Assembly: GCF_006345805.1 (NCBI RefSeq)
Contig: NC_043026.1
Span: 11,408,001 to 11,472,000, forward strand
Reading direction: 5' to 3'
From: Octopus sinensis
Lineage: Eukaryota
DNA: 64,000 nucleotides
Of the stretch, positions 54,613-64,000 are shown in pieces (the stretch's first letter is position 1; the number at the start of each line of letters is the position of its first letter). The notes beneath the pieces are model-generated. The model made no database searches, was not told the origin of the DNA, and was given only the letters and a program-made list of their open reading frames with translations. The position numbers and the translations under genes are program-made.

Positions 54613-56268
54613 GTCTTTCAAAATTGTGACAGCGAGAATAAACATGCGGCATTTTCCCGAAATAATGGTAATTATAGTCGAGCAACATGTCATATAAAAG
54701 GACGGAAGTTGAAAGCAGAAGCTTGCGATCAGAGATAAATTTTACAGATCATCAATTAAGGCCATAAACTTAAGCTAGAATTATAAATCTTTTAAACCAT
54801 TCAATATGTTGATCATAATCGTTGCACAAATTATATCTCAAGCATTGATATTCCCCAGTGGAGAATATAATTTCGAAAAACCTCATGAAAAATTCGAAAA
54901 ATCTTTTGAAAAATTCCAAACAATGAATTTCGGTATATAAAATAAATTATCAAAACATTTATCTCGTTATGTCGCTTCACGTGTATAATAGAATGCGTCT
55001 ATTTAAGAAAAAGGGATTGATATTTCAATCTGAAAGTATTACCCTGTATGTAAAAGTCAGCAAACGGACAACTTGCGGGAGTAAATATCTTTGTCCTAAT
55101 GTTAACATGGGTTTCCCTTGCTGTATCGTGGAATGATTCGCAGAATAACAATTCTCTCACTTACACACACACATTATACAGATCTATTATTCAAGTAAAT
55201 CTTTGCCAACTTACCGTTCTCCGTTCGCAATCAGTCGGTGCACAATTAGCAATTAAATCGACCTCTTTCTTATCATGTGCAATCTGCAACGTATGAAGTT
55301 GTTCCCCTTCATATATTATGAACTTCTTTGACTCTCCGGAAGAGAAAGAAAGTGGGTCGCCAATTAAAACTAGCAAAAAGCACAAATTAAAAGTGAAAAG
55401 TACTTTAAAATGGTAGCGGAGCAAAAAAAAATCGAATAAACAGATGTAGGTACTACTAGCGAACGGTGGTCCCGGATGTGCGCACACGCGCAGTCGCGCA
55501 TCCGTGCTAGTTAGTCGTAAGTAGTCGATCCTACAACGACTACCTAGCAAAGTCAATAAAACACAAAATAGATATTTTTTTTTACACAAAGTAAATATTT
55601 TGGCAATCTTTCGTCTCTAGTAGACCTTTCCGTCGATTTCCGTAAAAATTTTTTTTTTTACATATGGGCTTGAGGGAACTTTTGAAGTAATGAGAGCGAA
55701 AGAGACTAAGAGAAAGGGATTGTATGACGAGGGAAGTTCTTTTGAAGTTACCGTCCAGGGTAATGTGTGTGTTTGATGGGGTGTGGGAGACAGACAGTAT
55801 GTTGTGTAAGTGAAGTGCTTCTGTTAGTGTGTGTGAAGAGACAGAGTAATGTGTGAAAGAAAGAGATAACTGAAATTTTTTACTCCATGTATGTGTATAT
55901 GTATGTATATTACTTCAAAAGTTCCCGCAAGCCCATACGTAAAAAAAAAAAAAATTTTTAACGGAAATCGACGGAAAGGTCTACTAGAGACGAAAGATCG
56001 CCAGCACAAAAACAAAGTAAATAATTTTTTAAACAAAGTAAATAAAGCACAAAAACACAAAGTAAGGATCAACTAGTCATGACTAGCTGGCGCGAGTACG
56101 CGCACCGGAACCACTGTTCTCAAGTAGTACCCAGATGTAAATATCAGAAGATTTATAATAAAAATCTCAGTTCTACTTAAATTAAAATCAAATTACCATC
56201 ATGTTTTTTTTTTATGTTTACTGCTGTGCAACGTTACCGGTGAAGTAGCAAAGAGGGAACCTATAGAC

Positions 56269-56606
56269 CAATGTGTCTCAACCTTTTTACCCTTGCGTAA
56301 CCCTTAAAATAAATAACATGTCTCAAGGAACCCCTACACAAAAAAAAAATATATATATATATCATATCTTTCTCATATTTTTTCATCGTAGTTCACGTGG
56401 TAAATATCATATATATGTGTGTTGTATTTTTTGGATAACATAATAGGTTAGATAGGATGATGTCTATATTACAATAACCAATATATTGTGCATGTAATAT
56501 TACGATTATGAAATTAGCATTAGCTTATCTCACTCTTTCTCGGAGAACCCCTAGGAAATTTTTGCGGAACCATAAGGTTCCGGGAAACCCCGGTTGAAAA
56601 ACACTG
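56269..56606. mobile_element. hAT (Charlie-like) MITE
   Basis: CAATG/CAGTG termini, near-TSD ctatagac/ctgtagac (8 bp). Confidence 0.75.
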
Positions 56607-57239
56607 CTGTAGACAATGACCTATCTTGCAAACTAGTTAACGAACTGGTCGATAGAAAAGGAACTTGGGCTTTAATAGTGTTTCGCATCCTCTCTCACGT
56701 TTTAGATTTTTAACACACAATAATCAACACTTCAGAACATCCTTGTTTGTAGTTATTTTTACGCATAGCATAACAAAAGCTATATTCCATAATGTTTTGG
56801 AAGAACTAATTGAAAGCGAAAAAAAAACTGAAAATAACGTAAAGTGTACTAGCCATCTCAATGTGGCTAGCCACTGGGGATAAGAGAACAGAAAGTGTGT
56901 CTAAAGCCAGCTGGAGACGATGATCTCCTGGGGCTAAAAGCTTCAGTAACACCCACCCCTACAGGTCTCTCCAATCGAAAACTGAAAATAGTTCTTAGTA
57001 AAAAATTGAATAAGTATGTGTCAATATCACTAGGTTTATATTAAAATCTTCATTTCTACTTGAATTAAATGCAAATATCCGTCAAATGAAAGTAAAGTAT
57101 CAAAAGATTTATTTTTTTAAATTTCAGTTTAATCAAAATCAAATTTACGGTTATCAATTTGTGTTGCAAGATTCCTGATGTGAAATTATGTGTAGAAATT
57201 CGTGTTGTATTTCAGGACGGTCATTTTTTTTTTTTTTTG

Positions 57240-57555
57240 GACAAATAAACACACGCACTATATATTTTTTTCTTCACCTGTTTATTACTGTTCTTATTCT
57301 ATTATTATAACTCATGTCCATTGTCTGGAAATCTTTCGTCACACATTAGCAACCTCTTCAGTGACACTTTTCGTTTTCGTGTGAGTTCTTCCTCCGCCTG
57401 AGCAGAACACACATGAAAACGAAAGTGTCGCTGAAGAGGTCACAGACGTGTGACGAATGATTTCCGGACAATAGATGTGAGTTAGAATTTTTAAAAATAA
57501 GAACAGTATGAAACGAGTGAAGAAAAATATATAGTGCGTGTGTTTATTTGGCAAA
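57240..57555. repeat. Diverged ~315-bp palindrome
   Basis: Arms aaataaacacacgcactatattttt...gagttct / agaacacac...atatagtgcgtgtgtttattt. Confidence 0.85.
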
Positions 57556-57709
57556 AATTTTTTTAAAAATTAACATTCTTGTTTCCATGTTTACTCCTGT
57601 AGGACATTGCTGGTGAACTTGCAAGAGACGAACTATTGACAAGGACCTGCAAAGTACATAATGAACTGGTCGACAGAAAAGAGACTAGCTTTAATTGTGG
57701 TTTGCATCC

Positions 57710-58220
57710 TATTGAACCAGCCAGGATCCCTGGTCTGGTGGTACGTAAAAAGCACTATCCGACTCGTGGCCGTGGCACGTAAAATACTCCAATGCGACCG
57801 TACGACAGGCACCCATGCCAACCCCCTTTGCTTGTGAAGACATGTTGGGGCAAGCGAAATCGAAATCGAAATCGAATTGAACCAGCCAGGATCCCTGGTC
57901 TGGTGGTACGTAAAAAGCACTATCCGACTCGTGGCCGATGCCAGCACCGCCTCGACTGGCTTCCGAGCCGGTGGCACATAAAATACACCAATCTGACCGT
58001 GGCCGTTGCCAGCCCCGCCTGGCACCTGTGCAGGTGGCACGTAAAAAGCACCCACTACACTCACGGAGTGGTTGGCGTTAGGAAGGGCATCCAGCAGTAG
58101 AAACATTGCCAGATTAGACTGGAGCCTGGTGCAGCCTTCTGGCTTCCCAGAACCCTGGTCGAACCGTCCAACCCATGCTAGCATGGAGAACGGACGTTAA
58201 ACGACGATGATGATGATGAT
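57710..58220 (+). mobile_element. (GAT)n-tailed SINE/RTE-type 3' element (related copy 62699-62999 minus with a 25-bp TSD at 62674-62698/63000-63024)
   Basis: Tail aacccatgctagcatggagaacggacgttaaacgacgatgatgat; long TSD. Confidence 0.75.
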
Positions 58221-58549
58221 CCTCTTTTATGTTGCCAATTAATTAACACAATATAATCAACACTTCAAAAACATCCTTGTTTGTGATTATTTTTACGCAT
58301 AGCATAACAAAAGCTATATTCCGTAATGTTCTTGAAGAACTAATTAAAAGTGAAAAAAAAAAAAGACTGAAAATAGCATCTCTGTGAAAAATTGAAGAAG
58401 TATGTGTCAATATCAAAAGATTATATTAAAAATTTCAGTTCTACTTCAATTAAAGACACAATAACATAATTCCTTTAGTGGAGAGGTACTAAAATATCGT
58501 CTGAGGTTTTATAATAGTGGTAATAGGATACCTTGAAATAAAATAATTA

Positions 58550-58956
58550 GGATCTTTCCGGTTTGAACGGCAGTTTTTTAAAAATAATTTCCATGTAACT
58601 AAACACTTTTAAACTTCGTATACTGGTAGAATGTGTTTATAAAACATCTTTTTCTCTTGGTTTTATTGAGAAAATTCTATGGTTTGTAAGATATTTGTTA
58701 TTTTTTTTCTGCAATTTCAACTAATCAATGACATCTATTGAGGTGAAAACATTCTGTGCCGTATGAAAATGTCCCTCGTTTAAGAAACAGATTGGGTTTA
58801 TTTACATTTCTGAAGGAAAAAAAAAGATACCCTTCTCCCCTAACCCTAACCCTAAAACTGATTGAAATGCAATAGATCGATACTAGGGTCATAATTATGG
58901 GTGACAATTTCATATGACACCGCTAGAAAAAACTACCGTTCAAACCGAAAAGATCC
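58550..58956. mobile_element. TIR MITE (oppositely oriented copy 51483-51898)
   Basis: TIR GGATCTTT..GGTTTGAACGG, 8-bp TSD aataatta, internal CCCTAA-like motif. Confidence 0.85.
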
Positions 58957-59227
58957 AATAATTATCAGTCCATGCAGATGTGAATGATTGACAACTTTCA
59001 AAAGGCTTAAGAAAACAATAATTTATTGTAAGAGGAATTGGCGATAACATTAAATCAAAACTTGTCTGCCAGTATACAGGGTACAGCATTCAGAGATATG
59101 GCATAACAATGTCCTAGATGAACAGAAGAAAAGTTCAAGCTCCTTTTTGTCAGGTAACACTTATTGTTACTGCACAGTGTAAAAATGCGGAACATGATAA
59201 ATGTTCAAACAGTCCAATAAACAGTTG

Positions 59228-59742
59228 TAGGAGTGGCTGTGTGGTAAGTCTGTAGCTTGCAAGCTGGGTATATTTGGCACCAGGTAAGTGTGGCCGGATC
59301 AAGAAGTAAAGGTTCTACCCAGATGGCTGGGTTCCTTGCCCTACTATGTAACATTAAAATTGTAAACTCTATATTGTAAATATTGTACACATTATATTGT
59401 AAATACTAAAACGTTTTAAGCTACTACACCCTATATGTTTGTCTGTATTTGTATGTCCCCTCTATGTAATGCCTTAATGGCGAATTTTCATGAAATAAAG
59501 TAGCTTGCTTATGATCCATATGGTTCCGGGTTCAGTCCCACTGCGTGACACTTTGGGTAAGTGTCTTCTAATATAGCCTTGGGCTGACCAAAGCCTTGTG
59601 AGTGGATTTGGTAGATGGAAACTGAAAGAAGGATGAAAAGTAAAGTTGACCACAGCAGAATTTGAACTCAGAAGACAAGGACAGATGAACAGCTACTAAG
59701 CATTTTGCTCAGTGCCATAGCAATTCAGCCAGCTCATCGCCT
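59228..59742. mobile_element. SINE head interrupted by a LINE-like 3' fragment (~59250-59499), followed by a second SINE fragment
   Basis: gtggtaagt|insert|agcttgctt splits the head consensus. Confidence 0.7.
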
Positions 59743-60045
59743 TAGGTTCTACGCATATCATATTCCCTATAGTCTTCCTTTTGCATTACTGCCTTTAGGC
59801 AGTACTTGATAGCTTCTCTACAGGCAAGTGAAACTGAAGGAAAATCCAATAGCAGTTATGATTAATTATCCAGAACAAATATGTAGACATAAATACACAT
59901 ACACAAACACACACGTGTATTCAAGAGTTGTTGGATCAATAGTGGATGGTGTTAGGAAGGGCATCCAGCTGTAGAAACCATGCAAAATTGGACTATGGTC
60001 AAACCATCCAACCCATGCCAGCAGAGACAATGGACGTTAAATGAT

Positions 60046-60420
60046 GAATGTGAAGACGCAGGCTGGAAAGCGGAACATTTTCCTATCGAAGTCGGTTGTA
60101 GAGGGTTTGTTGGACACAGCATGAGACGACTGTTGTTATCGCTAGGCCTAACTCATCGTAAAGTCAATACCACCATGACTGATATCCAAGCTACAGTGGA
60201 GAAGGCTAGCCACTGGATTTGGTTAAAAGGAGACGATGAGCGATGGCTAGAAGTATATTGAGTTCTTCATAACCAGCTGATCTAACAAGCGGGGCCTCAT
60301 ATCAGTGAGTGGGGCCGGTGTGCATTGATGCCATCGAGAGGTAGGCTCCGAAACGGCGCGCATTCTCTCCTGATGACCCCATACACTTGCTGGCTTCCGG
60401 TATGTGGAGTTCTCAACTGG
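60046..60420 (+). mobile_element. Hero-clade (RLE) non-LTR retrotransposon 3' fragment
   Basis: GWKAEHFPIEVGCRGF...EKASHWIWLK..W resembles the Hero RLE C-terminus; 3' boundary approximate. Confidence 0.75.
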
Positions 60421-60705
60421 TAGCACTTGCATGTGCAAGTTGCTTGCAAGACATCATTATATACACCTATGCATACAGAATGTGGCAATGACATGTATAT
60501 CAAAGAAAGAACAATGATGAGTATGATTATAGAAAAGAGTTGATGGATCTTCTGATTTAGCAGAATAAAAGACATTATTGGTTGTTTTCAGATGCAATGA
60601 ACTTTGACAAAGATATAGTCACATTTTTTATATGCATAGATATATGTCTATTCAAGTGACAGTTTGAGAGAATGATTTACCCTAAACAGCAGAATGATAT
60701 GCTTT

Positions 60706-61734
60706 CTACCTTGTGTGAATACGTTTGTGCATAGTTAATTTACCTTTTGCAGGGAATGATTTACCACAGGTATCACAGTGAAATGGCTTCTCCCCTGTGT
60801 GAGTACGTATGTGCAGACTTAATTTACCTTTTTCAGAGAATGATTTCCCACAGATATCACACTGATATGGTTTCTCCCCTGTATGAATACGTTCGTGTTT
60901 GGTTAAAGTACCACTTTGAGAGAATGATTTACCACAGGTATCACAATGAAAAGGCTTCTCACCTGTATGAATACGTTCATGTTTATTTAATATGCTACCT
61001 GAAGAAAATGATTTACCACAAATATCACAGTGAAATGGCTTCTCTCCTGTGTGAATACGTATGTGCAGGGTTAATTTACCATTTTCAGAGAATGATTTAC
61101 CACAGATATCACAGTGATATGGTTTCTCCCCTGTATGAATACGTTCATGCTTGGTTAAAGTGTTACTCTGAGAGAATGATTTACCACAAATATTACACTG
61201 AAATGGCTTCTCTCCAGTATGAATTCGCTTGTGAGATGACAAGCCACTTCCAACAGAGAATAATTTACCACAGATATCGCAGTGAAACGGTTTCTCTCCT
61301 GTATGAACACGCTTGTGAGATGTTAAAGCACTTCCAACAGAGAATGATTTACCACAGGTGTCGCATTCAAAGGGCTTCTCACCTGTATGAATACGTTTGT
61401 GATAAGTCAAAACGCTACTTTGAGAGAATGATTTACCACAGATATCACAGTGAAATGGCTTCTCCCCCGTATGAATACGTTTGTGAGATATCAAGGCACT
61501 TCCACAAGAGGATAATTTACCACAGATATCACAGGGAAATAGCCGCTCACTAACATGAATACGTTTGTGCTTAGTTAAGTCACTTCGAACAGGGAATGAT
61601 TCACCACAGATGTCACAGTGGAATGGCTTCTCTCCTGTATGAATTCGTTTGTGGGTAGTTAAACTATGTTTGTAAGTGAAAAACGTTTTACAGATATTGC
61701 ACTGATATCTCAACTGTGGTTTCTCTTTCGACAT
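60706..61734 (-). CDS. Poly-C2H2 zinc-finger protein (ZNF-C2), 12 fingers, 342 aa
   Basis: Leader and first fingers homologous to ZNF-C1. Confidence 0.92.
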   Translation of the reverse strand: MSKEKPQLRYQCNICKTFFTYKHSLTTHKRIHTGEKPFHCDICGESFPVRSDLTKHKRIHVSERLFPCDICGKLSSCGSALISHKRIHTGEKPFHCDICGKSFSQSSVLTYHKRIHTGEKPFECDTCGKSFSVGSALTSHKRVHTGEKPFHCDICGKLFSVGSGLSSHKRIHTGEKPFQCNICGKSFSQSNTLTKHERIHTGEKPYHCDICGKSFSENGKLTLHIRIHTGEKPFHCDICGKSFSSGSILNKHERIHTGEKPFHCDTCGKSFSQSGTLTKHERIHTGEKPYQCDICGKSFSEKGKLSLHIRTHTGEKPFHCDTCGKSFPAKGKLTMHKRIHTR

Positions 61735-61964
61735 CTCTTCACAATAAAAATATATTTTCCAGCTTTCTCACACAATCCTCAATTTGCTTTTATCAGCACA
61801 ATACAGGCCGAGGCATTTCCTGTTCCATTCGACAGTTTATTCCTAAGAAGTATATTTACTGTTCTCTTTCCTTCGGCTGCATTCTTTGTTAATATCTGAA
61901 GATGCTGTAAGAGTCTTTTCAAAATTACCCAAGTTTAATTTGTGTATGAAATCACTCTGTAGAC

Positions 61965-62365
61965 CAGTGCTTTTCAATCTTTTTGCTGGAGCGGAACCCC
62001 AAGGAAACATTCCACTGGCTTGAGGAACCCCTGTGCAATAATTTAATAGTCTTATGCACACATATCTGCACAGGAGAATTAAAAATTAGTCGATTTTAGC
62101 ATTTTTGTAACTTCTTGCGGAACCCTGGTTGAAAACCACTGAGTTAGACACAGTCAGTTAGACACTAGTTAGACCGGTGCTTTTCAATCTTTTTGCTGGA
62201 GCGGAACCCCAAGGAAACATTCCACTGGCTCGAGGAACCCCTGTGCAATAATTTAATAGTTTTATGCACACATATCTGCACAGGAGAATTAAAAATTACT
62301 ACAGTTTTGTAATTTCTTGCAGAACCCCTGGTCTGTACTGGCGGAACCCTGGTTGAAAAACACTG
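61965..62365. mobile_element. hAT (Charlie-like) MITE dimer in the predicted ZNF-C2 5'UTR exon
   Basis: Two CAGTG...CACTG units; outer near-TSD ctgtagac/ctgttgac; empty site at ~50525-50535. Confidence 0.8.
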
Positions 62366-63029
62366 CTGTTGACGTTCCAAACATTTAAGGAGAGAAATGT
62401 TGCTATCAATCTCAGTTCAGAAGAAATATTTCACAGTAATTCTCTAGGGTTATTAAAAATCTATTCTGAACAACATTTTCTTTCAGCTTTGAAGGTGATA
62501 AATTTTGATGGAAACAATGCTGTAATGCCAATGTCGTCTGATATTCTGAAATAAAAGAGAGAAACAACAGTATAAGATTTAGAGGACATTTTAAAAGCAG
62601 AGATGAAGCAGTGGATTACAACTAAAACCAACCTTAACATTACGTCAGGTTTGGAATACCAACATCATTCTAAAGGCTATGCTTCTCATAATGTGTCATC
62701 ATCATCATCATCATCATCTTCGTTTAGCGTCCGCTTTCCATGCTAGCATGGGTTGGACGGTTCAACTGGAGTCTGGGAAGCCAGAAGGCTGCACCAGGCT
62801 CCAGTCTTATCTGGCAATGTTTCTACAGCTGGATGCCCTTCCTACCGCCAACCACTCCGTGGGTGTAGTGGGTCCTTTTTACGTGCCACAGGCACAGGTG
62901 CCAGATGTGGCTAGCAAACAGCCACGGTTGGATTGGTGCATTTTACATGCCACCAGCACGGAAGCCAGTCGAGGCAGCGCTGGCATCGGCCACGATTCGA
63001 GGCTATGCTTCTCATAATGTGTCAATGTA

Positions 63030-63320
63030 AATATATCAGGGATGATGTTCTATTCCCCTTGCATAACCCTTCCAACACCAAGATAGAAAGATACGGAACT
63101 AGATTATTCAAGTTCTTCAAAAGCATAGCACTATCCATCTCAGTACAGGACACACTAGTCAACTTTTTAGCTGTTACACTAGATCTAATTCCCAGTGTAT
63201 TCAAACCATACTATAAATCTAACTACAATGTTAAATACATAAACTACAATAGCATTCAACCCAAATGCATAACTCAATCCATAGTCAGAAACATTTCCAC
63301 TTGCATAGCCAAAGAAAACA
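63030..63320 (+). mobile_element. Penelope-like retroelement RT fragment
   Basis: YIRDDVL...VNFLAVTLDL...FKPYYKSN...YINYNSIQP matches the PLE RT pattern YRDD / FLDV / YKP..YIN..SNHP. Confidence 0.75.
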
Positions 63321-63381
63321 ATAATTGCTATAGAGTGGTTGTATACTGTCAACATAACGTGACAGTCCCGTGAAGGGAATT

Positions 63382-63784
63382 CTTACTTACTTACTTTCTT
63401 AAGCACTCCGTCGGTTACGACGATGAGGGTTCCGGTTGATCCAAATCAACGGAACAGCCTGCTCGTGAAATTAACGTGTAAGTGGCTGAGCACTCCACAG
63501 ACACGTGTACCCTTAACGTAGTTCTCGGGGATATTCAGCGTGACACAGAGAGTGACAAGGCCGGCCCTTTGAAATACAGGTACAACAGAAACAGGATGTA
63601 AGAGTGAGAGAAAGTTGTGGTGAAAGAGTACAGCAGGGATCACCACCATCCCCTGCCGGAGCCTCGTGGAGCTTTTAGGTGTTTTCGCTCAATAAACACT
63701 CACAATGCCCGGTCTGGGAATCGAAACCGCGATCCTACGACCATGAGCCCGCTGCCCTAACCACTGGGCCATTGCGCCTCCACA
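63382..63784 (-). mobile_element. Third tRNA-derived SINE family
   Basis: Head tggcccagtggttagggc...ggtttcgattccc, (TAAG)n tail, 9-bp TSD aagggaatt. Confidence 0.85.
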
Positions 63785-63910
63785 AAGGGAATTACTCCAC
63801 CGCTATTTAGCCCTAGGAAGCATCGACGCTTCCTGTCGGCTTTGACACATTACCTGTGTCCTTATATTTGCAAAGGGGAGGCAAGCACCCCCACCAGCTA
63901 GGACTAGCAA

Positions 63911-63956
63911 CCTGAAGACACGCATGTTTCTGGGTTTTGCTCGTCATCAGTGCAGG
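63911..63956 (-). ncRNA. Degenerate type I hammerhead motif
   Basis: Minus: CCTGCA-CTGATGA-CGAGCAAAACCCA-GAAA-CATGCGTG-TC-TTCAGG; core intact, stems I and II mismatched; near a Penelope RT fragment. Confidence 0.6.
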
Positions 63957-64000
63957 GTAGCATGTCCTGCCAGTTGAGATACTTGCCAAGCCTTCGCAAA

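Noticed and set aside
58836-58856. CCCTAA telomere-like repeats (also ~51583-51595)
   Set aside because: Only two or three units, internal to a MITE
60340-60415. GAAAC...CTGATGA motifs in the Hero 3'UTR as a hammerhead
   Set aside because: Could not form stems II and III around the core
63700-63784. tRNA gene candidates in SINE heads (also 29282-29370)
   Set aside because: A/B boxes are present but no convincing cloverleaf, and they continue into SINE bodies with tails or TSDs

Overview
Eukaryotic, AT-rich, repeat-dense animal DNA, most likely an octopus/coleoid cephalopod (inferred from the tRNA-derived SINE families and the tandem '[15 protein letters not shown]' C2H2 gene cluster). 1-18 kb is a replication-dependent histone locus: two H2A/H2B divergent pairs forming the arms of an ~11 kb imperfect palindrome, one H4/H3 pair, and two orphan histone 3' stem-loops. 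21-64 kb holds five minus-strand poly-C2H2 zinc-finger genes (35, 13, 13, 10 and 12 fingers; no effector domain visible), each with a single coding exon and a predicted 5'UTR intron, partly built from a tandem segmental triplication. The two 13-finger genes look like chimeras of their neighbours. Spacers and introns hold SINEs, Helitrons, MITEs (Merlin-, hAT-, piggyBac-like) and LINE fragments (CR1-like, Tx1-like, Hero, Penelope-like). The most notable unannotated signals are type I hammerhead ribozyme motifs in sense orientation in ZNF introns (45017-45110, 53709-53794, degenerate 63911-63956), chimeric ZNF birth with divergence at recognition helices, and an 83-bp minisatellite derived from a frameshifted zinc finger. 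Everything was read by eye; identities and some boundaries are approximate.
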